Assembly: GCF_006345805.1 (NCBI RefSeq)
Contig: NC_043007.1
Location: forward strand, 69,254,001 to 69,318,000
Length of the DNA: 64,000 bases
Direction of reading: 5' to 3'
From: Octopus sinensis
Lineage: Eukaryota
Shown: piece by piece, positions 12,399 to 24,636 of the stretch
Layout of the letters: the number at the start of each line of letters is the position of its first letter
How positions within the stretch are numbered: position 1 is the stretch's first letter
Made by a program: the position numbers and the translations under genes
Notes under the pieces: model-generated
Told to the model about the DNA's origin: nothing
Database searches by the model: none
What the model saw: the letters and a program-made list of their open reading frames with translations, nothing else

Positions 12399-12448
<50 letters not shown>

Positions 12449-12881
12449 TAATAATAATAATAACAACTCAAAATGAACAAAAATAAAAAAAAAGAGAAAA
12501 AACGAAAAAAGCAAGAAGAGCCATTAAAAAAATCAGGATTGGGTGGGCGGAAGAATGGGGTAGACAAGATCGGGTAGGATTTATTACTTTTGATCTTTCG
12601 CTTTTGATCTTCCCATGTTCAACATTAAGTCAGTCATCCACCACTAAGTGAAGGGAAAGAGACATAAGTGATAGTATGTAGTGACAAGCAGACAGGTGAC
12701 AAGGTGAACGTGTGTAGGGTACCTTAACAGCATCCGAAACGACATCGTTAGAGGCTAGTTAACGTACTTCGATGATATGCCAAAGGCAAAAAAAAGTCTC
12801 TTAGTCTATATTAGTTAGCATTTGTCTACGCGCGCGTGTGTGTGTATATATATACACTTACACAAATACATATATCATATG

Positions 12882-12936
<55 letters not shown>

Positions 12937-13059
12937 GTGTGTGCGTGTGTGTATGTGTGTTTATACATCGTAAAGATATGTGTGTAAATGTATATACAAA
13001 TACATATGCACACACAAATATATACAAAAATGTATATAAGTACACACACACACAGACAG

Positions 13060-13089
13060 ATAGATAGATAGTTAGATAGATAGATAGAT

Positions 13090-13128
<39 letters not shown>

Positions 13129-13151
13129 GACAGACAGACAGACAGACAGAC

Positions 13152-13194
<43 letters not shown>

Positions 13195-13200
13195 AGATAG
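13060..13200. repeat. Compound (GATA)n/(GA)n/(GACA)n microsatellite
   Basis: Direct reading. Confidence 0.9.
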
Positions 13201-13552
13201 ATTTCGATATTTTTGAAGTTTCTGTTAATCGATACCTTATTCGTGAAAGTTTTTATTCATAGATCTCTATATTGATGAACACCTCTGATCATAAATATCT
13301 TTAACCAATCTCTAGATTCATTATTCATCAATCTCTATATTCATAAAAGTCTTTATTCACAATGCCTGTATTCATTAAGCGTCTGTTCATAGCGCTTTTT
13401 GTTAAATACTTCTGTTCCAATGCGTTTTTGCTCAGAAAGTTCTCGAGTCTTCAAGGACTTTAAATTTATTTTGTTCATCGATATCTCTTTGAAGGTCACT
13501 GTTCCTGAAGGTCTGTATTCAAAAGCCGGTTTTATATTACTATTTATGGAAC

Positions 13553-14098
13553 TTTTCGGTTGCTGTCACAGATTTCGTATTATTTGTTTTTCAATTTTAT
13601 TCGAATTGTTTTTAGATTTGGTTTTGAATGCTAATTTTGAAAATGAAAGACATCTTTGCCATAAATTAATAAATAAAAAAGTTAATAGCTTTTAAAATGT
13701 GCAAATTTAGAATAATTTAACCAATTGAAAGCCACCATTATATTCATGACCGTAAATCTCACATTGGTGTCTGTTTCCATAGTAACAAGTAAAGCTGTAG
13801 TCTGTTTTGTTTTCATTGTAACAAGGTGTCCATGCGCGACCGTAACCACCACTACCAACACCACCACAATTTTTGACGGGAATCATTTTGAGACAGACGC
13901 AGAAAATGCCGGTTTCCGATTTTTGTTTCTTATTGGTTAAAAATGACGAAACTCTGAACCTCTATAATATTTTTTAAAATTTTGTTTTCTGGAATAAGCG
14001 CAAATTCGGATTCAGCGTATAAAATTGCATCAATAATTCAAATTTGAAAATTTTTCACTTAATTTTAAAATTTGCAAATCAGTGACAGCAACCGAAAA
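13553..14098. mobile_element. MITE-like element with ~24-bp TIRs
   Basis: TTTTCGGTTGCTGTCACAGATTTC (13553-13576) versus CAAATCAGTGACAGCAACCGAAAA (14075-14098), about 2 mismatches; AT-rich non-coding interior. Confidence 0.65.
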
Positions 14099-14114
14099 AA
14101 TCCCTATTTATATA

Positions 14115-14358
14115 CAGGGTGTCCATAAATTATCTTTACATCTTCAACAATTTATATCTATTAAAGTTTGGGTCCCTCAATCTTTGCATGTTACAAAGTT
14201 GTATATGTTACAAACTGCAACTTTTGGAAGTACTTCAGCCAAATGACAAACTCCAAAGGAAACAATTTGCGGTAGACATGTTAACTCGATTAAATGAATA
14301 TCAACGCTTCCTTTGAAACATTTGCTTCCGCGATGAAGCAGCATTTCATTTGCACCTA
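14115..14358 (+). mobile_element. Tc1/mariner (rosa-like) remnant: left TIR plus transposase fragment
   Basis: TA-CAGGGTGTCCATAAATTATCTTTACA (same TIR type as 685); translation CYKLQLLEVLQPNDKLQRKQFAVDMLTRLNEYQRFL*NICFRDEAAFH contains the first catalytic-D motif. Confidence 0.75.
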
Positions 14359-14810
14359 GGTTTCTGAAAACCCGCAAAATAAAAAAAAGCAGAAGCCTGG
14401 AGAGAAGTAGCCCATAAGTCAATGTTTAGTGCAGCCTTAGAAATTGAGCATCATCTAAGTGGATCCAACTTGAAAGTGTTCTGATGTTCCAACTAAAACT
14501 GTATTTGTTTGCCTGTGTTTCCCAATAAACTCTGATGAGTTATCCTTATTATTTTTCTGACATTTTAATGCTGTATAGTGGAAAGCTGAGAACGAATCCA
14601 TAGAAAAGCACAAATGACTCAATACAAGGAAATCTAATTTTTAGATGTCAACTCTCTTATAACGTTGTACTGTTACAGCCATCACTGCAAACTAGGGTAT
14701 TCTAATACAGAACAATAACAGACCATAATTGTAGGCTAACTGAGGGTCAGCTCTCTTAGAAACACAGAATTCTAACGTCCATTATTACAAACCAGTTTTA
14801 CGGATATCAA

Positions 14811-14851
<41 letters not shown>

Positions 14852-14862
14852 GTATATATATA

Positions 14863-15238
14863 CTAGCAGCTAAGCCCAGTTTCACCTGGTCTGTTTTGAT
14901 GATGTAGCTGTGATTGTTTTTGGTTAGACATAATCTATCACGGCGTTTGCGGGTCTCCTGTTCCGATTGGAGCCTCCACCTATATGAAAATTTCCTGACC
15001 CCACCCCGTCAGAAAACAGTTCCTAAGCAACTGGTTGTTTTAATGGCGGAAGAAAGAGGGAAATTCCATTAGTAAAAAAATGTATGGGGGTTAGGAAAGA
15101 AATACAAACTGCATTCCAATCTATGCACTCGTCTCCACGTGTGTGCCATTTTTCATGCAAATCCACCCAGCCGTTTGGCTGTGAACCTCAAGACAAGAAA
15201 TAATACAACGATCGCCCATGTCCAATTTATAGTATAGA
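14863..15238 (-). mobile_element. Non-autonomous Helitron (Lep1-like ends)
   Basis: Minus strand reads A|TCTATACTATAAA...CCAGGTGAAACTGG (hairpin)...CTAG|T: 5' TC, 3' CTAG, subterminal hairpin, insertion between A and T, no TSD. Confidence 0.75.
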
Positions 15239-15630
15239 TATACGTATGGAATTTATTTTACTGGTGACTACTTTTGCTGCGATCTACGGTTGTTTTCAGA
15301 GTCAGAAAGAAGAGACGAAAAGAGTTCACTAAAAAATAGAAGACAGGGAGAAATTCCCTCAAGGGGAAAGAACCGCTGAGGAATTTTTCCTTTTTTTTAC
15401 TTTGTTGTGTGTGTGTGTGTGTAATTCTAAGATCAAGGATCTAAGTGTGTAGGAAGTTTGTAAGCTTCGTGCAGTCTGTGGTAGATATAAAAAACAACGT
15501 TCAGAAAAAAAAAAAATTATTGGCGTTGTAAGTTAAATGCTTTTTCCATATCGAAGAAATTCGGTAAGCTGAAACAGTTTATGCATAGCTCAGTGTTAGC
15601 AACCAGAGTTGTTATGAATGGAAATAAAAA

Positions 15631-15918
15631 TTCAAATTGAGGAGTGGAACAGGTAAAATCCAGGCTACATATGTTTCCTAGCAAGCAGATTTTCTGGTGT
15701 AATAATTACTCAATGAGGGGTACTCAACTAGTCAACTAGCTACTCATCAGGCCGAAGACATCTTAATTATATTACCATTTGGGAATCCCAAGTTAACTCA
15801 TTGCGGCCTAATGACTCATTAGCTGAGTACTCCTCGTTGAGTAATTATTACATCAGAGAATTTGCAAGCTTAGGAAACGTGTAGCTGGAATTTACTTGTT
15901 CCACTCCCTTAATTTGGA
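15631..15918. repeat. ~290-bp imperfect palindrome (foldback/MITE-like)
   Basis: GTAATAATTACTCAATGAGGGGTACTCA versus its inverse at 15825-15852 (26/28); arms extend outward to CAAATT..GGAGTGGAACA.GTAAA.TCC. Confidence 0.85.
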
Positions 15919-15939
15919 TATATATATAATATAATTTGG

Positions 15940-15980
<41 letters not shown>

Positions 15981-16011
15981 CAGACATACATACCTACATA
16001 CATACACACAC

Positions 16012-16046
<35 letters not shown>

Positions 16047-16051
16047 TAATA

Positions 16052-16113
<62 letters not shown>

Positions 16114-17440
16114 GTTTGGCATTTACTTGGTTCCTCTCTGTTGAACTGTCAAGTTGTAGGATACAAAGAGACGGAACATAAGCAACAACGCCGATTTTTA
16201 AACTAGTGTAATACATAAGAAAATAGACACAACACTCACGTACACATACACTCATATAGATATTCATGTACACATACAAAGACGCCAAGCTTCCGTACAG
16301 TTTCCCCTTACCAAGATCTATTCTCAAATTAACTCAATGCCATGGTAGATGTGGCTGACCCAAAATGCCATGCGATAAGATTGAACCAAGCATCAAGCAT
16401 TAGCGTTATCGATTTTCAAAATTTACGCACCTACACCTGGTCTCCTGGTGCCCAATTCTCTTTACAACTACACTGATTTTCCAGTTCTCTTATGAGTGCT
16501 AACATGCTATTCTTTGAACCAACATTGGAGATAAGCTTTTACGTAGTCGTTGTTTCTTTTAGAAATAGAAACCTGATTGATTCCTTAAATCATATACCAT
16601 TGTGATATTACCTTAGACTTCATTGAATAACGTAGTGTATGATACAGAATGATCATAGTTGGAATACTGTATCATGGCTGACCGGGGATAAATTTCATGA
16701 CCCAGATCTTTCTTATATCCCTTTTAATGCCCTTCCTCGCATGACACATATATGTTTATGACCAGTATTTTATTTGAAACCCTAATTTTGTTCTCATAAA
16801 TTATTTCTTTTTAAATCGTTCCTTCATACTAGTTTGCTTTTTTCTTATCAGACTCGATCATACCTGAGCGTTTATAACCCTTCATGTCCACCTGTTTTAT
16901 GACTTCCTTGCTCCCTAATTTTACCCCATACCTTTCTCCCTTTTCCCTACCACTTTTCATTTCATTTCATTTTAATCCTAAATTCCATCTCGATGTGATT
17001 TTCCCCTCACCAAACCCCCTCTTCTACTCTTTATGCAGAGCAAACTCTTTGATCATGAAGATGAACAATTTCAACTCATCAACTACCTCTTACCTCCTCA
17101 AAATAAAATTCTTATGCTATCAAGCAAATCATAAAATACAAAAGAGGAAAAGTTATTCTCCTGGAAGATTCCTCTGTTGATATTAGTACTACCTGCACAC
17201 TTACTACATCTATGTTAGTATCGTTTCTTAATCGCATATATACTAACAATGAGGAATCATATCATATGCTATTCTGTAAACATATCAACAGTATCAAATA
17301 TCAAATACATTCTGAAAAGATATCATCGAGTACCTTTTGAATTTACTAAAGGCGAATCAGAAACGGTTTCTGGATTTAATGTAGAGGGTGGATTGATTAG
17401 ATTTACTCTGTCGTTTATAGCGTAAATCTTTTATCGTTTA

Positions 17441-17530
17441 TCTTTTATTTGTTTCAGTCAGTGGACTGCGGCCATGCTAGGGCACAACTTTGAAGGATTT
17501 TAGTCGATCAAATTGACTCTAGTACTTATT
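17441..17530 (-). mobile_element. SINE family A tail fragment
   Basis: TTGTTTCAGTCAGTGGACTGCGGCCATGCT tail motif. Confidence 0.7.
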
Positions 17531-17588
17531 ATCTTTTTAAAAGTCTGACATGAGACAAAACCGGTTGTCAGTGACTGGTGGGAACAGG

Positions 17589-17971
17589 TGGCACTCCGTC
17601 GGTTACGACGACGAGTGTTCCAGTTGATCCGATCAACGGAACAGCCTGCTCGTGAAATTAACGTGCAAGTGGCTGAGCACTCCACAGACATGTGTAGTGT
17701 ACTCTTAACGTAGTTCTCGGGGAGATTCAGCGTGACACAGAGTGTGACAAGGTTGGCCCTTTGAATTACAGGTACAACAGAAACAGGAAGAAAGAGTGAG
17801 AGAAAGTTGTGGTGAAAGAGTACAGCAGGGTTCACCGCCACCTCCTGTCGGAGACTCGTGGAGCTTTAAGTGTTTTCCCTCAATAAATAATCACAAAGCC
17901 TGGTCTGGGAATCGAAACCGCGATCCTAAGACCGTGAGTCCGCTGCCCTAACCACTGGGCCATTGCGCCTC
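17589..17971 (-). mobile_element. SINE family B, tail type 2
   Basis: Same head and body as 5077; its tail (GTACCTGTAATTCAAAGGGCC...GTCGTAACCGACGGAGTGCCA) is shared with 61703-62020. Confidence 0.9.
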
Positions 17972-18304
17972 AACAATGGTGGGAAAGGCACAAACAAAAA
18001 GAAAGACACACACACATACACACACACACACGCACACACACACACTCACACACACACACACACACACGCACACACACACACAAATACATATTGTTGTGTC
18101 TAGGGAGAGTCATTATCCAATATTAATAACACACGCACTGGTTCAATTCCGCCCTTTTATTATTTGTCAATTGGTTAAATATCCAACAAACTAATCGGTT
18201 GTTTGTTTCATTTGGCTAAACAGTAAGTCATTTGCTTTGTTTTTGTTTGCGTTTATCAAAATTATGCAAACCAAATACAAAAAACGAAATATATATACCT
18301 CCCC

Positions 18305-18361
<57 letters not shown>

Positions 18362-18997
18362 TATATATATAATCAATATTTTACTCCCTGGTAACAAAAA
18401 AAGCTGCGGATCTCTTTTCTGCTGTACTTTCTCGTGATGCACATGGTACATTTGGAGGGAAATATGAATTTCACTCGTATATATAGATTTGGATATGCCA
18501 ACTGCCTTGTGTGATGTTCTTATGGCGCTTGGTCAGAAATACAAAGGATAAGTTTCCTAGCATTTTCAAATTTATAATTCTCGAAATATTATGTCGATAA
18601 AGGAAATGAATTTATAAAATTCTAATCCAGAAACGCGTCCATAATTAATCGAAGACAGTTTGATTTTATTATTTTTCTTCTTTTTACCTGTGTGAGTTAC
18701 AGATTGTGTTATTTGTGGAGTCATATTTTGTAGCGAAAAGAGATAACGGTATTTTGGATGCTATTTCTAAATTGTCGGTATGTGGTGAAGCAACTTGTTG
18801 CTAAACCCTTAATTATTGTTATATATATAAAGTGAGATAGGGGTTGTGAGTGTAACCCTGTATGGGATAACATATATATCCAATATACTGCCAGTAAAGA
18901 ACCCAGAAATGCTAATACATAAATGCTAAGAATTGCAATTCATTTATTGTATTATATGGGCGAAGGTCAAATGTTTTACCTCAAATTCTCTTATTTT

Positions 18998-19240
<243 letters not shown>

Positions 19241-19638
19241 TGGGTATTAGATTTTTATGCAGGACATTGTTTTTAGGAAGATATATGAATGCTGTTTTCT
19301 ACAGTCCTATAATGATAATTATATTTAACAATAATTATTCCTGACGTCTGTTTTTGCATTGTGTTTCAGGGTATCAACTGGGTGTTCAGCCTAAATCTAA
19401 CAATTATGCTCATAACCTTTTTTCTAGAACACCGTAGTGTATTGGTAAACAGTTAATGCTATTGGAAAGCATAAAGATTAAAGCTGTAATTGAGAAAACT
19501 TCAGCTGGCATGGAAGGTTAGAAGTCATCTTGAATATTGGAAAGAGCTACCTGTATCGTGATAATTTGCGCCGGGTATCGAAATGTCGATATAATGACAG
19601 CTGCTCAGTGTTCTGTAAAGGCTGTAAGATGTGACATG

Positions 19639-19872
19639 GACGGCGAGCTGGTAAAAACGTTAGCACGCCGGGTGAAATGTTAAGCGGTGTTTCGTCTGCC
19701 GTTACGTTCTGAGTTCAAATTCCGCCGAGGTCAACTTTGCCTTTCATCCTTTCGGGGTCGATAAATTAAGTACCAGTTACGCACTGGGGTCGATGTAATC
19801 GACTTAATCCGTTTGTCTGTCCTTGTTTGTCCTCTCTATGTTTAGCCCCTTGTGGGTAGTAAAGAAACAGGT
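19639..19872 (+). mobile_element. SINE family C monomer
   Basis: Full head, body and tail; followed by an inverted head fragment (19874-19935). Confidence 0.9.
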
Positions 19873-19960
19873 ATTTGAATTCAGAACGTGAATAGCCGGA
19901 ACAAATGCTGCTAAGCACGTTTGTTCGGCGCCGAAACTATTTTGCAGATTCACTACCTGA

Positions 19961-20244
19961 ATACAGTTGTATATTTAGGAGATGAGGAATTATGTACATT
20001 ATTTACATTCGACGGATATTTGTCCTCATCTTGTTTGTTGTTAACACAACGTTTTGGCTGATATACCCTCCAGCCTTCTTCAGGTGTCTTGGGGAAATTT
20101 CGAACCTGGGTGTTGTTGTTGTTGTTATTATTACTATTGTTATTATTATTATCATTATTATTATTATTAATATTCAGGTCACTGCTTGGAATCGAACTCG
20201 GAATCTTGGGGCTAGTAGCCTGCGCTCTTAACCACTACGCCATA
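19961..20244 (-). mobile_element. SINE family E: tRNA head + (AAT/AAC)n + hammerhead-ribozyme-containing tail
   Basis: Minus strand: TATGGCGTAGTGGTTAAGAGCG (A box)...GAGTTCGATTCC (B box)...GTGACCTGAAT, then a microsatellite, then GACAC-CTGAAGA-A-GGCTG(GAGGGTATAT)CAGCC-AAAA-CGT-T-GTGTT. The 3' boundary is approximate. Confidence 0.75.
20043..20088 (-). ncRNA. Type-I hammerhead motif, core G12 mutated (GAAA to AAAA)
   Basis: CUGAAGA box, 5-6-bp stem II, palindromic ACGU stem III, 5-bp stem I; the sister copy at 48601 retains GAAA. Confidence 0.65.
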
Positions 20245-21078
20245 GTGGTTATAATAATATTAAGCTTTGATTGATTTGATCGATCATCATATTTATGGCT
20301 GTGTACATAGTAGCAGATTGGATTCGAATTAGAAAACTTTAACTCTAAACTAAGAGTGATAACACCAAGGATTCAAACCTATTCATGATCCCTGTGGCAG
20401 CATCCTATTGGAGAAGTAGGTTTTTATTATAAATAAAAAAATATAGAAATAAAATTTCCTAGTTAGAAATTAAATAGATAAATATTTGATGACGATTGAG
20501 GATCAAACCCTTCGGTGTGTAATATAGTTATGTAGATGAAATATTTTAGGATATTAATAATTCTTAAAATAAGGGCATTGGCAATTCGCCACACCAGTGC
20601 CTGAGTGGGCACTGAGATTCTATGTAAACTACTAGCGGGAAAATCGCTGCTATCTTCGGCTTTTACCGTTTTACTTCAGTGTCTGCTGTTGACAAGGCCA
20701 GGGAAAACTGAAATCCCGTGATCGGCGGCGGCGGCGATGGCGCTTGATTATCTCCTGCTAGCGATGTAAACAAGAGTGCTTATATGCACCATATGTCCAT
20801 ATGAGAGGTTCTCTCATGGTAACTATCACAGTATTTTGTGTTCCTACACAACATCCACTTTTAAGTTGGGATAGATATTACCTTATAAAATATTGTTTGT
20901 TAAAGGTGAGGCTAAAAAGTTATTCTCTTATTATTAACCTATTAATCAATAGGTTTTCTAATTTAACCTTAATTGTATTAATCTCACCAGTGAGGGGAGA
21001 ACTTCAAAGTAAGAGTCACAATCCAAGGAAAGTTAACAATGGTTGATACAGCAAAAATTAATCCGTAAAAGAAAAAAA

Positions 21079-21145
21079 TATATAGTGAATATTCAGTGAA
21101 ATATATAGTGAATATATAGTGAATATATAGTGAAATATTCAGTGA
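21079..21145. repeat. ~10-bp minisatellite (ATATAGTGA[A])n, about 6 copies
   Basis: Direct reading. Confidence 0.75.
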
Positions 21146-21293
21146 GGAGTAGAAAATCCACGTTCTAAAACAGTTGTCCTTCTTCAAGGGGAACAAGTAG
21201 TGTTTCTCGATTTTGGTTGGGTGTGGATTACTTTAGAATGAGACGTAAGCAAATAACAAACGAATAAGTCTTGCAATATAGTTTAAATGTATA

Positions 21294-22860
21294 TCAGGTC
21301 ATTAAGAATGAAATGTCCGATTTTCTTATGCACCAAGTTTGACAGTCATTAACTCTAATCTTTTATTCTGACAATTCTTTGTTTTACAACATTGAAGAGA
21401 TATATATCATCACTTTTCGAAATGCAATTCATGGTGTCTGATTATATTGTGAGTTTTCTCTTGTAAATCAATTTTCGTGAACTAATTCGTGTAGTTTATG
21501 AATATGAGTTCCGTCGTGGAACCAATGCATCCATGACAGCTCGAAACATCAGTGAGGTGTTTGGTAGATGAGCGCACTGTTCGTCGATGGTTTGAGAAGT
21601 TCCAATCTAGTGGCTTTACTCTTGAAAATCAGTCCCGTGGTAGACCTGAGACTAAGGTGGATAATGATGAGCTGGAAACTGTAGTGGAAGCAGATACGCG
21701 TGAGTTAGCAGCAATATTTGATGTTTCGATTCCAACTGTATTGGACCATCTGAAAGAAATCGGCAAGTTAAACAAGTTGGACAAGTGGGTACGACACGAA
21801 CTGAACGAGCATCAAATGACACGTTGTCTTGAAACTTGCTATTGTATGCTGTTATTGCATAAAAACGAACCATTTTTGCATCGCATTGTTACGTGTGATG
21901 AAAAATGGATTCTCTTCAACAATAGCAAGCGTTCTGCACGGTGGTTGGATAGAAATTATGTGCCAAAACACAAGCCAACAAAGAATAATCACATAGCTGT
22001 GTGGTAAGAAGCTTGCTTTCCAACCATATGGCTCCTGGTTCAGTCCACTGCGTGGCACCTTGGGCAAGTGTCTTCAACTATACTCTCGGGCCGACCAAAG
22101 CCTTGTGAGTGGATTTGGTAGACGGAAACTGAAAGAAGCCAGTCGTATATATATGTATATGTTTGTGTGTCTGTGTTTGTCCCCCACCATCGCTTGACAA
22201 CCGATGTTCGTATGTTTATATCCCCGTAACCTACCGGTTCGGTTAAAGAGACCGATAAAATAAGTACTAGTCTTACAAAGAATAAGTCCTAGGTCGACTA
22301 GTTCGACTAAAGGCGGTACTCTAGCACGGCCGCAGTCAAATGACTGAAACAAGTATAAGAATAAAAGAATAAAAAAAGCTAATGGTGTCTGTTTGGTGGT
22401 CCAGCGCTGGTGTAATCCACTACAGCTTCATGTGAACTGGTCAGTCAATTACATCAACCAGCTGGATGAAATGATGAGTGAACTGGCAGTTAAACAACTG
22501 AGATTGGTCAATAGAGACAGGCCGACTCACTTGTAAGACAATGCTCGACCACATGTTGCACAAAGAACGCTACTCAAGTTACAGGAACTGAACTGGGAAG
22601 TACTCTGTTATCCACCATATTCACCAGGCCTTGCACCAACTGACTGTCATGTTTTCCAAGCATAATTGACAACTTTTTGCAAGGAAAAAACTTCAGAGAT
22701 TCAAAAACAGCCTTTCATGATTTCTTGCTCTCCAGAATTCTTCGCTGCCGGCATAAATAAGCTACCGTAAAATGGTAAAATAGTGTTGATAATTCAGGTG
22801 CATACTAATCTCAGTCCCTCGCAAATTACAAGAATAACGGAATGTTGGTATTACTATGCC
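21294..22860 (+). mobile_element. Decayed mariner (DD34D, Hsmar1/SETMAR-like) interrupted by a SINE
   Basis: Motifs in order: RTVRRWFEKF, WVRHEL, RIVTCDEKW, [SINE], KKLMVSVWW, DNARPH, YSPGLAPTD; frameshifts and stops are present; right TIR is degenerate. Confidence 0.9.
21995..22372 (+). mobile_element. SINE family A nested in the mariner
   Basis: The family A sequence splits the transposase between ...KPTKNNHI and KKLMVSVWW. Confidence 0.9.
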
Positions 22861-23054
22861 TAGTCTCTTCGCAGGCATCCTAATTGTAGATTAGTTTCAC
22901 AAATGTTACCTATAACAAGTTTGGTTTACCTGTTCAGATCATTGGACTACGTCCATATTGGGCGCTGATTTAGAGGAATTTGTTGAACAAATGGCGCCCT
23001 GTACATATTTTCCTTCGTTAAAGTCTGGTGCTTATTCTAACAGCTTCTTTAACT

Positions 23055-23495
23055 GAACCATTATGTTACGGGACGTAAACAAATTAACACCAGTTATCAA
23101 GCGGTTGGAGGACAAACGCAAAGATACACACACACACACACACCACACACACACACACATATACATACATTTGTCGACCTGGGCAAATAGTAGAAGACAC
23201 CTCCGGCATCGCGCAGTGGGACTGAACCCGAAGCCATGTGGTTGCAACGCATCTTTTTTAACCACACAAATATGCCTGCACTCGTGGCTTGAGTTCCTAA
23301 TCAGTCATTAAAAAAAAAAAAAATGAAAACGAACATGCTTTCTTTCTTTTTTATTATACATACACAAACGAAGTTCGGCAAAAGAAGGCGATAGAATAAG
23401 TACCAGACCTTAAAAAGAAAGATGTCCAACGAAACCCTTCGAGTCGGTGGCCCAGCATGGCCGCCATCGAATGACTGAAACAAGGCAAGAATGAA
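23055..23495. mobile_element. SINE family A fragments (minus 23055-23290; plus-strand tail 23370-23495)
   Basis: Diverged family A body and tail motifs. Confidence 0.7.
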
Positions 23496-23636
23496 ATATA
23501 ATAAAAAAGACTATTTGTTTTGGCGGGGTTGTTTTTGAGAGAAAAAAATTGATCAAAATTAAGCCTGATGATAATATGAAAAAAGCGATGAAGAAATATC
23601 TGCTATTTCTCTAATACAGAGATAAAATATAGATAC

Positions 23637-23722
<86 letters not shown>

Positions 23723-24554
23723 TATATATAATATATATATATGTTATATATATATATGTATATATATGTATGTATATTATATATTATATAATATATATAT
23801 ATATATATATCTATATATATATATATATATAATATATATATATAAAACGAAGATAAAACTAAGGCGAAATGCAATCATTTATAACGCTTTTTCATCTTTA
23901 GACCGTGACTGCCGTTTCAAAGTCAATGAACCGAGTTCATAGCTCAACTGGATCACTGCTTATCTGAAGCCGCATCTTAATCGATTCAAAAGCTATTATA
24001 GGACGCTTTCTTGCTGCTGTCGCTGTTGCTGCTGCTGCTGCTGCTTTCATTGTTGTAGTTGTTACTATTGTAATTCTCGATGTTGTGGTTGTTGTTGTTG
24101 TTGTTGTTATGCGGCACCTTCATTTTTTTCTTATTTTTGTTGCTTTTATACTTACTTTTTAGCTTCCTAAGCTCGGCCTTATGGTACTATGGTGGAGATG
24201 TCTCTTTGATCTTTTTCTTTCATTTTTTTAAGGGGTAATTTGTCAGGTCAACGAATCGAGCATTCCTCACGAGCTTTTATTTTTGTGTGTGTATGTGTGT
24301 GAGTCTGTGTGTGTGTGTGTTCGTAGGTGTAGGCGTGCTAGGCTACGTGTGTGCGTGTGTTTATGTGTGTGTGAGTGTGTATGTATCTATATATTTTGTT
24401 CTGTATAAGTTGTTCGCTCCTTTCCATCCTTTCCATCTCGTTCTCTCTATATCGATGTGTCTATGCATATGTATGCATCTCTCTCTCTCTCTCTCTCTCC
24501 TGTCTATCTATCTACCTACCTACCTACCTATCTATCTATCTATCTATCTATCTA

Positions 24555-24617
<63 letters not shown>

Positions 24618-24636
24618 CATATCTATCTATCTATCT

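Noticed and set aside
19370-19445. Possible plus-strand exon after TTGTGTTTCAG
   Set aside because: The donor is weak, the peptide is unrecognisable and there is no supporting neighbouring exon.
20172-20244. tRNA gene
   Set aside because: A and B boxes are present but there is no acceptor-stem pairing, and it runs into a microsatellite; it is a SINE head. The same applies to the heads at 5077, 17971, 30809, 44838 and 61703.
24375-24636. N-terminal extension of the 771-aa RT ORF
   Set aside because: It is a translation of (TG)n/(CT)n/(TATC)n; LINE homology starts at 24637.
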